From NCBI RefSeq assembly GCF_963921235.1, contig NW_026948187.1, forward strand, positions 6,634,001 to 6,698,000: 64,000 nt of DNA, written 5' to 3'. The position numbers and the translations under genes were made by a program. How positions within the stretch are numbered: position 1 is the first letter of the stretch; every line of letters begins with the position of its first letter. Below the pieces are notes generated by a model that saw only the letters and a program-made list of their open reading frames with translations, was not told the DNA's origin and searched no databases. Source of the stretch: Mobula hypostoma. Taxonomy: Eukaryota. Positions 47,155 through 61,369 of this stretch are shown here, piece by piece.

Positions 47155-49931
47155 TGCTGCCGGGCCGAGGCGGGTTCTAGTCCTTCAGTTCGCTCGGCGG
47201 ACTGAAAGGAAGGCGGGCGACATCGGAAGCCGAGGGCGGGTCGCGGGTTATCACCCCGCCCCTCCCTTTCCGAACCAGGGGGGTGGGGAGACACTCGTCG
47301 TGGTGCAGTCGAGCGGCCGCTACCGGGAATGAAGGGAGCCTTTACTCACTGGCTGCCAATGAGTACTGGTGTTCCACAGGGATCCGGGTTCGGACCAGTT
47401 ACTTGTACATTATATGTCAGTGATTTGGATAGTGGAGTTGATGGCTTTGTTGTAAAGTTTGCAGGCAACACCAAGGCAGGTGGAGGGGCAGGAAGGGTTA
47501 ATGAGATAGGAGCAGAAGGACGAGGCAGATTCGGAAAATGGGCGTGGAAGTTACAGATTGAATACAGTGTCGGGAAGTGTACGGTCCTGCACTTTGGCAG
47601 ACGATATGAAAGCGTTGCCTGTTTTCGAAATAGAGAGAAAATAGAAATATACATTGAGGCCCGTCGAGATTTGGGATTCCCTAAAGGGTACTTTCCAGAC
47701 CTCACCTGGAGTGTTATGGGCAGTTCTGGGCCTTTTATCTTAGAAAGTTCGTGCTGAAACTGGGGAGAGTTCAGAGGAGGTTCACGGAAATGATTGCGGA
47801 ATTCAAAGGCCTGTCATATGAAGAGTGTTTGATGGCTCTGGGCCTGTATGCACTGGAATTCGGAAGAGGGAGCGGTGATCTGATTGAAGGACCTTGATAG
47901 AGTGGACGTGGAGAAGATGTTACCTATGGTGGGAGAGTATGATAGAGTATAGGGTGCACCACAACCTGGTATGGAAGTTATCCTGCCCAAGACCGGAAGA
48001 AGCGTCAGAAGATCGTGAACACAGCGCAGCACATCACACAAACCAATCTTCCATCATTGGACTCAGTTTACACCGCACGCTGTCGGAGCAGTGCTGCCAG
48101 GATAATCAAGGACACGACCCACTTAGCCAACACACTTTTCATCCATCTTCCCTCCGGGAGAAGGCTCAGGAGCTTGAAGATTCGTACGGCCAGATTTGGG
48201 AACAGCTTCTTTCCAACTGTGATAAGACTGCTGAACGGATCCTGACCCGGATCTGGGCCGTACCCTCCAAATATCCGGACCTGCCTCTCGGTTTTTTTGC
48301 ACGACCTTACTTTCCATTTTTCCATTTTCTATTTATGATTTATAATTGAAAATTTTCATATTTACTAATTTTTACAATTTTTAATATTTAAGATCTGTAA
48401 TCCAGGTGGTGGGAAGCGCAGAATCATATATTGCTGTGGTGATTGTACGTTCTAGTATCAATTCTTCGGGGACGATAAAGTATAAAGTATAAGTATAAGA
48501 CAGAGGGCACAAACACAGAATGGAGGGGCGTCCTTTCAGAAAGGAGATGGGGAGGAATTTCTTTAGATAGAGAGTGGTGAGTTGGTGGACTTGTTTGTCA
48601 CACGCAGATGAACATCTAAGGCAGATGTTGATAGATACTTGATTGGTCAGAGGATCAAGGGATACGGTGAGAAGGCTGAAGATTGGGGGTGAGATGGAAA
48701 ATGGATGTTGAAATAGCGCTGCAGAATCGATGGGCCAGTGGCCTAATTCTGCTCCTGGACCTTACCGATTTATGGTCGGACACAGTGCCTGCGAAAATTA
48801 CGCACCCCTCCTTGAAAGTTTTCATGTTTTTTTGTTTTACAACATTGAGTCGCTGTGGATGTAATTTGGATTATTTTGACACTGTACGACAGGAAATGAT
48901 CGCTACAAAGTGATATAAATTAATTACAAACATGAAACAAAAAATAATTGATTGACCAAGTTTTTACCCCCTTCGAGTCAGTACGCAGTAGATGCCCCTT
49001 TGTCAGTAATTCCAGACTTGAGTCTGTGTTCATGGGTCTCGATCAGCTTTGCAGATGTGCACACTGTAATTTTTCCCTATTCTTCTTGTCAAAACTGCTC
49101 AAGATCTGTCAGATTGCATGGGGATCATGAGTGAACAGCCATTAACAAATCCAGCCAAAAATTCTCAATTAGATCGAGGTCTGGACTTTGACTTGGCCAC
49201 TCCGGGACATTAACTTTGTTGCTTTCAATGCATTCCCTTGCAGCTTTGGCTTCGTGCTTGGGGTCACTGCTTTACTAGAAAACAAATCTCCTCCCAAGTC
49301 GCAGTTCTATTGCAGACTGCATCAGGTTTTCCTCCAGGATTTCCCTGTATTTTGCTGCATTCATTTTACCCTCTACCTTCACAAGCCTTCCAGGGCCTGC
49401 TGCAGTGAAGCATCCCCACAGCATGATGCAGCCACCGCCACGCTTCACGGTTAGGATGGTGTGCTTTTGATGATGTGGGCATTTGACCTACGCCAAACAC
49501 AGCCGATGGCCAAAAAAGCTCAATTTTAGTTCCATCGGACGATCAAAACTTCTCCCAGTTGATTCAGAATCTCCCACAATCCTTCTGGCAAACTCTAGCC
49601 TTGATTTCATTTGAGATTCTTTTCAGCAATGGCTCGCTCTTTGACCTTCCCCCATAAAGCTGCGACTGGAGAAGAAAATCAGACGTTCAGGTTGTTAGCA
49701 AGTTAGCGTCAACATTGCGGGCTATGTTTGCTTGACCTGCCTCCTTTCCACCCTATCCAGACTGCCCTTTATTTGTCCTGACTCTTGTTTGACCGTATTT
49801 GCGCTTTCAACAATTCCGCGGAGGAACTGAGAGGGGCAGAAGGGCAGGATCCCTTTCCCGTCCCTGCGGTTACCTCTCTGTCCCTGTTCCTTGGCCGGGC
49901 CGGGCGGAGACGGTTGCTTTTGGTGCTCCGA

Positions 49932-49950
49932 TGCCGCCCCCTGCTGTTGG
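49932..49950 (-). promoter_or_regulatory. CTCF-like motif 3' of V5
   Basis: CCAACAGCAGGGGGCGGCA. Confidence 0.55.
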
Positions 49951-51353
49951 TGCAAAGAAACACCCACTTTGTCAACTCCGCACAATTCGCCCAAGTTCTT
50001 ACTCCCGGTCAGCCCACCTGTCTGTTCATTTTGATAAATTTATCTTTCCATGTATCTATATACATATCTATCTATCTTTCTATCTGTCTATTCATCTATC
50101 TGTCTGTCTATGTACCAATAATAATCTATCTCTTGCTCTCTCTATCTCTTTATCTATCTATCTGTCTATCTATCTATATTTGTCTATATATCAATTTATT
50201 TATCTATCTATCTACCTATCTGTCTGTCTGTCTCACTATCTATTTATCCATTTGTTTATCTAACTCTCCCTCTATCCATCTATCTATCTATGTACATATC
50301 TATCTATCTATTCATCTAGATATCAGTCCACCTACCAGTGATCGTCTCTCTCTCTCTCTCTCTAACTGTCTCCCTCTCGAGCTATCTATTTATCTGTCTA
50401 TCTGTGTTTATTTCTCTCTCTAGATATCTGCCTATCTATATATCTAACTATCTAATTTATCTATCTATCTATCTATCTATATTATCTATCTGTCTGTCTC
50501 GCTTATTCTCTGTATATCTATCTGTCTTTCTCTGTTGTGGAGAAGGAGAGAGCGAGCGAGCGAGAGAGAGAGAGAGAGAGATTAGCAGACTTGGTGGAGG
50601 GCTGGATGCACGGAAAGTGCTTCAGATAGCCAGGTAAGCAGGTCACTGGGTATGATATCAGCGTCATTAGATACCTGCTGTACCCAACAGACTGCCCACT
50701 GAGTGTAGACTCATCGTCTTCTGCTGCTGTCGCCCATTCGCCTCAGTGTTCGACGTGTTGTGCGTTCAGAGACGCTCGTCTGCACACGGCTGTTGTAACG
50801 TTGAACTTTCCGGGTAACCGTCGCCTTCCAGTCACATTGAACCAGCCTGGCCTCTGTCTGCGGACGTCTCCCATGAAGAATTCGTCGACCAGCGCAGAAA
50901 TGCCGCTCAGCGGATACGTATCAACTGTATCGCAGTGGAGTTAATTTGGCCTTCATCAACAGAAAAAGCCTCTTCCGTGTGAAAGTGAAAACAGATCTCT
51001 ACAAAGTGATCTGTATTGTTTACAAATACAGGTAGTTGCTTCCATTTCCTTTTTAGCTGGGTCAGCACAACATTGTGGGCCGAAGGGCCTGTTTCTGTGT
51101 TGCCCGGTTCTACATCCGACGGAACTTGTTCGACCTGAATGCACTGTGTAATGATTTCATCTGCATGCACACAAAGCCTTTCACTACATCTCGGTGGCGT
51201 GACAATGATAAATCTATTCCAATCCTAGCCATGAGACGGAGAACACCTGCAGCAAAGTAAAAGGCCCCTTGGCCCACCCAGTTCCCGTTCTATACCTAGT
51301 TCCGATCTGCTCCCGGAACCTTGGCAGAGTTGCTCTGCAGGGAGACCTGTTGG

Positions 51354-51392
51354 AGTTTTTGTATTGGCGCCCAGTATCTCTACAACGCTGTG
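51354..51392 (-). other. 23-RSS of V5
   Basis: CACAGCG, 23-nt spacer, ACAAAAACT. Confidence 0.92.
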
Positions 51393-52140
51393 CGCCATCA
51401 GTAGTAGCGCAGAAATAGGTCGCCACGTCCGCGGCCTTCACGCTCTCTACCTGGAGGGTAGACTCCTTATTCTCCTTTGCCCTGGTGATGACGAACCCGC
51501 TCTTGAAGCCCTCCTCCAGCCGGGCCTCGCTGCTGAGATAGACGGACCCGATCAACGCCAGCCCGCCGGTGGACGGCTGGCGGTACCAGAGCATGTTCTC
51601 ACGGAGCTGTCCCTTCTGAAGGCACTTCATCTCGGCCGTCGCCCCCAGGCGGACGCTGAGAGATCCCGGCCACTGGTCGATCTCATCGGCCCGGCAGACA
51701 CCTGCATAGATAGAAGGGATAGGGGTTGGGAAAAAAACGTGATGGACGGCGATGGGTAGCGCTGCATACACTAACTACGCGCAAAAGGATTCATTTGGAC
51801 ACTCGCTCGGAGGCGAAGCGGTTCGCCTCACGGTATTAAAACGCCGGCAATCCGAGTTCAGTTCCCGCCTCTGACCGTGAGGAATTAGTCCGCGTGGGTT
51901 TCGTCCGGGCGGCCCCACATTCAGAAGACTGCCGGGTTATTGGGTTAATTAGTCGTTTTGGAGATGTCAATAGGTAGTTTGGGACGCACCACAGCTCAAC
52001 GAGAAGTGAGAGTCGGAACCTGAAACGAGTTTTGGACACTTTGAGAGGTCGAAGCGCGGAACCGGAGAGCGAAGAGCGCGTCCTCACGTACACAGAGCCA
52101 GAGAGAAGATCGCGGCAGAGAGGCAGCGCGCAGGCATCAT
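51393..52140 (-). CDS. TRBV: TRB variable gene V5 (leader exon 52140-52092, V exon 51701-51393); protein identical to V4
   Basis: Intact splice sites, V domain and RSS. Confidence 0.92.
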
Positions 52141-54917
52141 TGCTGCCGGGCCGAGGCGGGTTCTAGTCCTTCAGTTCGCTCGGCGGACTGAAAGGAAGGC
52201 GGGCGACATCGGAAGCCGAGGGCGGGTCGCGGGTTATCACCCCGCCCCTCCCTTTCCGAACCAGGGGGGTGGGGAGACACTCGTCGTGGTGCAGTCGAGC
52301 GGCCGCTACCGGGAATGAAGGGAGCCTTTACTCACTGGCTGCCAATGAGTACTGGTGTTCCACAGGGATCCGGGTTCGGACCAGTTACTTGTACATTATA
52401 TGTCAGTGATTTGGATAGTGGAGTTGATGGCTTTGTTGTAAAGTTTGCAGGCAACACCAAGGCAGGTGGAGGGGCAGGAAGGGTTAATGAGATAGGAGCA
52501 GAAGGACGAGGCAGATTCGGAAAATGGGCGTGGAAGTTACAGATTGAATACAGTGTCGGGAAGTGTACGGTCCTGCACTTTGGCAGACGATATGAAAGCG
52601 TTGCCTGTTTTCGAAATAGAGAGAAAATAGAAATATACATTGAGGCCCGTCGAGATTTGGGATTCCCTAAAGGGTACTTTCCAGACCTCACCTGGAGTGT
52701 TATGGGCAGTTCTGGGCCTTTTATCTTAGAAAGTTCGTGCTGAAACTGGGGAGAGTTCAGAGGAGGTTCACGGAAATGATTGCGGAATTCAAAGGCCTGT
52801 CATATGAAGAGTGTTTGATGGCTCTGGGCCTGTATGCACTGGAATTCGGAAGAGGGAGCGGTGATCTGATTGAAGGACCTTGATAGAGTGGACGTGGAGA
52901 AGATGTTACCTATGGTGGGAGAGTATGATAGAGTATAGGGTGCACCACAACCTGGTATGGAAGTTATCCTGCCCAAGACCGGAAGAAGCGTCAGAAGATC
53001 GTGAACACAGCGCAGCACATCACACAAACCAATCTTCCATCATTGGACTCAGTTTACACCGCACGCTGTCGGAGCAGTGCTGCCAGGATAATCAAGGACA
53101 CGACCCACTCAGCCAACACACTTTTCATCCATCTTCCCTCCGGGAGAAGGCTCAGGAGCTTGAAGACTCGTACAGCCAGATTTGGGAACAGCTTCTTTCC
53201 AACTGTGATAAGACTGCTGAACGGATCCTGACCCGGATCTGGGCCGTACCCTCCAAATATCCGGACCTGCCTCTCGGTTTTTTTGCACGACCTTACTTTC
53301 CATTTTTCCATTTTCTATTTATGATTTATAATTGGAAATTTTCATATTTACTAATTTTTACAATTTTTAATATTTAAGATCTGTAATCCAGGTGGTGGGA
53401 AGCGCAGAATCATATATTGCTGTGGTGATTGTACGTTCTAGTATCAATCCTTTGGGGACGATAAAGTATAAAGTATAAGTATAAGACAGAGGGCACAAAC
53501 ACAGAATGGAGGGGCGTCCTTTCAGAAAGGAGATGGGGAGGAATTTCTTTAGATAGAGAGTGGTGAGTTGGTGGACTTGTTTGTCACACGCAGATGAACA
53601 TCTAAGGCAGATGTTGATAGATACTTGATTGGTCAGAGGATCAAGGGATACGGTGAGAAGGCTGAAGATTGGGGGTGAGATGGAAAATGGATGTTGAAAT
53701 AGCGCTGCAGAATCGATGGGCCAGTGGCCTAATTCTGCTCCTGGACCTTACCGATTTATGGTCGGACACAGTGCCTGCGAAAATTACGCACCCCTCCTTG
53801 AAAGTTTTCATGTTTTTTTGTTTTACAACATTGAGTCGCTGTGGATGTAATTTGGATTATTTTGACACTGTACGACAGGAAATGATCGCTACAAAGTGAT
53901 ATAAATTAATTACAAACATGAAACAAAAAATAATTGATTGACCAAGTTTTTACCCCCTTCGAGTCAGTACGCAGTAGATGCCCCTTTGTCAGTAATTCCA
54001 GACTTGAGTCTGTGTTCATGGGTCTCGATCAGCTTTGCAGATGTGCACACTGTAATTTTTCCCTATTCTTCTTGTCAAAACTGCTCAAGATCTGTCAGAT
54101 TGCATGGGGATCATGAGTGAACAGCCATTAACAAATCCAGCCAAAAATTCTCAATTAGATCGAGGTCTGGACTTTGACTTGGCCACTCCGGGACATTAAC
54201 TTTGTTGCTTTCAATGCATTCCCTTGCAGCTTTGGCTTCGTGCTTGGGGTCACTGCTTTACTAGAAAACAAATCTCCTCCCAAGTCGCAGTTCTATTGCA
54301 GACTGCATCAGGTTTTCCTCCAGGATTTCCCTGTATTTTGCTGCATTCATTTTACCCTCTACCTTCACAAGCCTTCCAGGGCCTGCTGCAGTGAAGCATC
54401 CCCACAGCATGATGCAGCCACCGCCACGCTTCACGGTTAGGATGGTGTGCTTTTGATGATGTGGGCATTTGACCTACGCCAAACACAGCCGATGGCCAAA
54501 AAAGCTCAATTTTAGTTCCATCGGACGATCAAAACTTCTCCCAGTTGATTCAGAATCTCCCACAATCCTTCTGGCAAACTCTAGCCTTGATTTCATTTGA
54601 GATTCTTTTCAGCAATGGCTCGCTCTTTGACCTTCCCCCATAAAGCTGCGACTGGAGAAGAAAATCAGACGTTCAGGTTGTTAGCAAGTTAGCGTCAACA
54701 TTGCGGGCTTTGTTTGCTTGACCTGCCTCCTTTCCACCCTATCCAGACTGCCCTTTATTTGTCCTGACTCTTGTTTGACCGTATTTGCGCTTTCAACAAT
54801 TCCGCGGAGGAACTGAGAGGGGCAGAAGGGCAGGATCCCTTTCCCGTCCCTGCGGTTACCTCTCTGTCCCTGTTCCTTGGCCGGGCCGGGCGGAGACGGT
54901 TGCTTTTGGTGCTCCGA

Positions 54918-54936
54918 TGCCGCCCCCTGCTGTTGG
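54918..54936 (-). promoter_or_regulatory. CTCF-like motif 3' of V6
   Basis: CCAACAGCAGGGGGCGGCA. Confidence 0.55.
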
Positions 54937-56340
54937 TGCAAAGAAACACCCACTTTGTCAACTCCGCACAATTCGCCCAAGTTCTTACTCCCGGTCAGCC
55001 CACCTGTCTGTTCATTTTGATAAATTTATCTTTCCATGTATCTATATACATATCTATCTATCTTTCTATCTGTCTATTCATCTATCTGTCTGTCTATGTA
55101 CCAATAATAATCTATCTCTTGCTCTCTCTATCTCTTTATCTATCTATCTGTCTATCTATCTATATTTGTCTATATATCAATTTATTTATCTATCTATCTA
55201 CCTATCTGTCTGTCTGTCTCACTATCTATTTATCCATTTGTTTATCTAACTCTCCCTCTATCCATCTATCTATCTAAGTACATATCTATCTATCTATTCA
55301 TCTTGATATCAGTCCACCTACCAGTGATCGTCTCTCTCTCTCTCTCTCTAACTGTCTCCCTCTCGAGCTATCTATTTATTCTGTCTATCTGTGTTTATTT
55401 CTCTCTCTAGATATCTGCCTATCTATATATCTAACTATCTAATTTATCTATCTATCTATCTATCTATATTATCTATCTGTCTGTCTCGCTTATTCTCTGT
55501 ATATCTATCTGTCTTTCTCTGTTGTGGAGAAGGAGAGAGCGAGCGAGCGAAAGAGAGAGAGAGAGAGATTAGCAGACTTGGTGGAGGGCTGGATGCACGG
55601 AAAGTGCTTCAGATAGCCAGGTAAGCAGGTCACTGGGTATGATATCAGCGTCATTAGATACCTGCTGTACCCAACAGACTGCCCACTGAGTGTAGACTCA
55701 TCGTCTTCTGCTGCTGTCGCCCATTCGCCTCAGTGTTCGACGTGTTGTGCGTTCAGAGACGCTCGTCTGCACACGGCTGTTGTAACGTTGAACTTTCCGG
55801 GTAACCGTCGCCTTCCAGTCACATTGAACCAGCCTGGCCTCTGTCTGCGGACGTCTCCCATGAAGAATTCGTCGACCAGCGCAGAAATGCCGCTCAGCGG
55901 ATACGTATCAACTGTATCGCAGTGGAGTTAATTTGGCCTTCATCAACAGAAAAAGCCTCTTCCGTGTGAAAGTGAAAACAGATCTCTACAAAGTGATCTG
56001 TATTGTTTACAAATACAGGTAGTTGCTTCCATTTCCTTTTTAGCTGGGTCAGCACAACATTGTGGGCCGAAGGGCCTGTTTCTGTGTTGCCCGGTTCTAC
56101 ATCCGACGGAACTTGTTCGACCTGAATGCACTGTGTAATGATTTCATCTGCATGCACACAAAGCCTTTCACTACATCTCGGTGGCGTGACAATGATAAAT
56201 CTATTCCAATCCTAGCCATGAGACGGAGAACACCTGCAGCAAAGTAAAAGGCCCCTTGGCCCACCCAGTTCCCGTTCTATACCTAGTTCCGATCTGCTCC
56301 CGGAACCTTGGCAGAGTTGCTCTGCAGGGAGACCTGTTGG

Positions 56341-56379
56341 AGTTTTTGTATTGGCGCCCAGTATCTCTACAACGCTGTG
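56341..56379 (-). other. 23-RSS of V6
   Basis: CACAGCG, 23-nt spacer, ACAAAAACT. Confidence 0.92.
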
Positions 56380-57127
56380 CGCCATCAGTAGTAGCGCAGA
56401 AATAGGTCGCCACGTCCGCGGCCTTCACGCTCTCTACCTGGAGGGTAGACTCCTTATTCTCCTTTGCCCTGGTGATGACGAACCCGCTCTTGAAGCCCTC
56501 CTCCAGCCGGGCCTCGCTGCTGAGATAGACGGACCCGATCAACGCCAGCCCGCCGGTGGACGGCTGGCAGTACCAGAGCATGTTCTCACGGAGCTGTCCC
56601 TTCTGAAGGCACTTCATCTCGGCCGTCGCCCCCAGGCGGACGCTGAGAGATCCCGGCCACTGGTCGATCTCATCGGCCCGGCAGACACCTGCATAGATAG
56701 AAGGGATAGGGGTTGGGAAAAAAACGTGATGGACGGCGATGGGTAGCGCTGCATACACTAACTACGCGCAAAAGGATTCATTTGGACACTCGCTCGGAGG
56801 CGAAGCGGTTCGCCTCACGGTATTAAAACGCCGGCAATCCGAGTTCAGTTCCCGCTTCTGACCGTGAGGAATTAGTCCGCGTGGGTTTCGTCCGGGCGGC
56901 CCCACATTCAGAAGACTGCCGGGTTATTGGGTTAATTAGTCGTTTTGGAGATGTCATCGGGCAGTTTGGGACGCACCGCAGCTCAACGAGAAGTGAGAGT
57001 CGGAACCTGAAACGAGTTTTGGACACTTTGAGAGGTCGAAGCGCGGAACCGGAGAGCGAATAGCGCGTCCTCACGTACACAGAGCCAGAGAGAAGATCGC
57101 GGCAGAGAGGCAGCGCGCAGGCATCAT
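56380..57127 (-). CDS. TRBV: TRB variable gene V6 (leader exon 57127-57079, V exon 56688-56380); WYRQ changed to WYCQ
   Basis: As V4 except CGC>TGC at 56569. Confidence 0.9.
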
Positions 57128-59904
57128 TGCTGCCGGGCCGAGGCGGGTTCTAGTCCTTCAGTTCGCTCGGCGGACTGAAAGGAAGGCGGGCGACATCGGA
57201 AGCCGAGGGCGGGTCGCGGGTTATCACCCCGCCCCTCCCTTTCCGAACCAGGGGGGTGGGGAGACACTCGTCGTGGTGCAGTCGAGCGGCCGCTACCGGG
57301 AATGAAGGGAGCTTTTTCTCACTGGCTGCCAATGAGTACTGGTGTTCCACAGGGATCCGGGTTCGGACCAGTTACTTGTACATTATATGTCAGTGATTTG
57401 GATAGTGGAGTTGATGGCTTTGTTGTAAAGTTTGCAGGCAACACCAAGGCAGGTGGAGGGGCAGGAAGGGTTAATGAGATAGGAGCAGAAGGACGAGGCA
57501 GATTCGGAAAATGGGCGTGGAAGTTACAGATTGAATACAGTGTCGGGAAGTGTACGGTCCTGCACTTTGGCAGACGATATGAAAGCGTTGCCTGTTTTCG
57601 AAATAGAGAGAAAATAGAAATATACATTGAGGCCCGTCGAGATTTGGGATTCCCTAAAGGGTACTTTCCAGACCTCACCTGGAGTGTTATGGGCAGTTCT
57701 GGGCCTTTTATCTTAGAAAGTTCGTGCTGAAACTGGGGAGAGTTCAGAGGAGGTTCACGGAAATGATTGCGGAATTCAAAGGCCTGTCATATGAAGAGTG
57801 TTTGATGGCTCTGGGCCTGTATGCACTGGAATTCGGAAGAGGGAGCGGTGATCTGATTGAAGGACCTTGATAGAGTGGACGTGGAGAAGATGTTACCTAT
57901 GGTGGGAGAGTATGATAGAGTATAGGGTGCACCACAACCTGGTATGGAAGTTATCCTGCCCAAGACCGGAAGAAGCGTCAGAAGATCATGAACACAGCGC
58001 AGCACATCACACAAACCAATCTTCCATCATTGGACTCAGTTTACACCGCACGCTGTCGGAGCAGTGCTGCCAGGATAATCAAGGACACGACCCACTTAGC
58101 CAACACACTTTTCATCCATCTTCCCTCCGGGAGAAGGCTCAGGAGCTTGAAGACTCGTACGGCCAGATTTGGGAACAGCTTCTTTCCAACTGTGATAAGA
58201 CTGCTGAACGGATCCTGACCCGGATCTGGGCCGTACCCTCCAAATATCCGGACCTGCCTCTCGGTTTTTTTGCACGACCTTACTTTCCATTTTTCCATTT
58301 TCTATTTATGATTTATAATTGAAAATTTTCATATTTACTAATTTTTACAATTTTTAATATTTAAGATCTGTAATCCAGGTGGTGGGAAGCGCAGAATCAT
58401 ATATTGCTGTGGTGATTGTACGTTCTAGTATCAATTCTTCGGGGACGATAAAGTATAAAGTATAAGTATAAGACAGAGGGCACAAACACAGAATGGAGGG
58501 GCGTCCTTTCAGAAAGGAGATGGGGAGGAATTTCTTTAGATAGAGAGTGGTGAGTTGGTGGACTTGTTTGTCACACGCAGATGAACATCTAAGGCAGATG
58601 TTGATAGATACTTGATTGGTCAGAGGATCAAGGGATACGGTGAGAAGGCTGAAGATTGGGGGTGAGATGGAAAATGGATGTTGAAATAGCGCTGCAGAAT
58701 CGATGGGCCAGTGGCCTAATTCTGCTCCTGGACCTTACCGATTTATGGTCGGACACAGTGCCTGCGAAAATTACGCACCCCTCCTTGAAAGTTTTCATGT
58801 TTTTTTGTTTTACAACATTGAGTCGCTGTGGATGTAATTTGGATTATTTTGACACTGTACGACAGGAAATGATCGCTACAAAGTGATATAAATTAATTAC
58901 AAACATGAAACAAAAAATAATTGATTGACCAAGTTTTTACCCCCTTCGAGTCAGTACGCAGTAGATGCCCCTTTGTCAGTAATTCCAGACTTGAGTCTGT
59001 GTTCATGGGTCTCGATCAGCTTTGCAGATGTGCACACTGTAATTTTTCCCTATTCTTCTTGTCAAAACTGCTCAAGATCTGTCAGATTGCATGGGGATCA
59101 TGAGTGAACAGCCATTAACAAATCCAGCCAAAAATTCTCAATTAGATCGAGGTCTGGACTTTGACTTGGCCACTCCGGGACATTAACTTTGTTGCTTTCA
59201 ATGCATTCCCTTGCAGCTTTGGCTTCGTGCTTGGGGTCACTGCTTTACTAGAAAACAAATCTCCTCCCAAGTCGCAGTTCTATTGCAGACTGCATCAGGT
59301 TTTCCTCCAGGATTTCCCTGTATTTTGCTGCATTCATTTTACCCTCTACCTTCACAAGCCTTCCAGGGCCTGCTGCAGTGAAGCATCCCCACAGCATGAT
59401 GCAGCCACCGCCACGCTTCACGGTTAGGATGGTGTGCTTTTGATGATGTGGGCATTTGACCTACGCCAAACACAGCCGATGGCCAAAAAAGCTCAATTTT
59501 AGTTCCATCGGACGATCAAAACTTCTCCCAGTTGATTCAGAATCTCCCACAATCCTTCTGGCAAACTCTAGCCTTGATTTCATTTGAGATTCTTTTCAGC
59601 AATGGCTCGCTCTTTGACCTTCCCCCATAAAGCTGCGACTGGAGAAGAAAATCAGACGTTCAGGTTGTTAGCAAGTTAGCGTCAACATTGCGGGCTATGT
59701 TTGCTTGACCTGCCTCCTTTCCACCCTATCCAGACTGCCCTTTATTTGTCCTGACTCTTGTTTGACCGTATTTGCGCTTTCAACAATTCCGCGGAGGAAC
59801 TGAGAGGGGCAGAAGGGCAGGATCCCTTTCCCGTCCCTGCGGTTACCTCTCTGTCCCTGTTCCTTGGCCGGGCCGGGCGGAGACGGTTGCTTTTGGTGCT
59901 CCGA

Positions 59905-59923
59905 TGCCGCCCCCTGCTGTTGG
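59905..59923 (-). promoter_or_regulatory. CTCF-like motif 3' of V7
   Basis: CCAACAGCAGGGGGCGGCA. Confidence 0.55.
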
Positions 59924-61330
59924 TGCAAAGAAACACCCACTTTGTCAACTCCGCACAATTCGCCCAAGTTCTTACTCCCGGTCAGCCCACCTGTCTGTTC
60001 ATTTTGATAAATTTATCTTTCCATGTATCTATATACATATCTATCTATCTTTCTATCTGTCTATTCATCTATCTGTCTGTCTATGTACCAATAATAATCT
60101 ATCTCTTGCTCTCTCTATCTCTTTATCTATCTATCTGTCTATCTATCTATATTTGTCTATATATCAATTTATTTATCTATCTATCTACCTATCTGTCTGT
60201 CTGTCTCACTATCTATTTATCCATTTGTTTATCTAACTCTCCCTCTATCCATCTATCTATCTATGTACATATCTATCTATCTATTCATCTAGATATCAGT
60301 CCACCTACCAGTGATCGTCTCTCTCTCTCTCTCTCTAACTGTCTCCCTCTCGAGCTATCTATTTATCTGTCTATCTGTGTTTATTTCTCTCTCTAGATAT
60401 CTGCCTATCTATATATCTAACTATCTAATTTATCTATCTATCTATCTATCTATCTATATTATCTATCTGTCTGTCTCGCTTATTCTCTGTATATCTATCT
60501 GTCTTTCTCTGTTGTGGAGAAGGAGAGAGCGAGCGAGCGAGAGAGAGAGAGAGAGAGATTAGCAGACTTGGTGGAGGGCTGGATGCACGGAAAGTGCTTC
60601 AGATAGCCAGGTAAGCAGGTCACTGGGTATGATATCAGCGTCATTAGATACCTGCTGTACCCAACAGACTGCCCACTGAGTGTAGACTCATCGTCTTCTG
60701 CTGCTGTCGCCCATTCGCCTCAGTGTTCGACGTGTTGTGCGTTCAGAGACGCTCGTCTGCACACGGCTGTTGTAACGTTGAACTTTCCGGGTAACCGTCG
60801 CCTTCCAGTCACATTGAACCAGCCTGGCCTCTGTCTGCGGACGTCTCCCATGAAGAATTCGTCGACCAGCGCAGAAATGCCGCTCAGCGGATACGTATCA
60901 ACTGTATCGCAGTGGAGTTAATTTGGCCTTCATCAACAGAAAAAGCCTCTTCCGTGTGAAAGTGAAAACAGATCTCTACAAAGTGATCTGTATTGTTTAC
61001 AAATACAGGTAGTTGCTTCCATTTCCTTTTTAGCTGGGTCAGCACAACATTGTGGGCCGAAGGGCCTGTTTCTGTGTTGCCCGGTTCTACATCCGACGGA
61101 ACTTGTTCGACCTGAATGCACTGTGTAATGATTTCATCTGCATGCACACAAAGCCTTTCACTACATCTCGGTGGCGTGACAATGATAAATCTATTCCAAT
61201 CCTAGCCATGAGACGGAGAACACCTGCAGCAAAGTAAAAGGCCCCTTGGCCCACCCAGTTCCCGTTCTATACCTAGTTCCGATCTGCTCCCGGAACCTTG
61301 GCAGAGTTGCTCTGCAGGGAGACCTGTTGG

Positions 61331-61369
61331 AGTTTTTGTATTGGCGCCCAGTATCTCTACAACGCTGTG
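61331..61369 (-). other. 23-RSS of V7
   Basis: CACAGCG, 23-nt spacer, ACAAAAACT. Confidence 0.92.
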
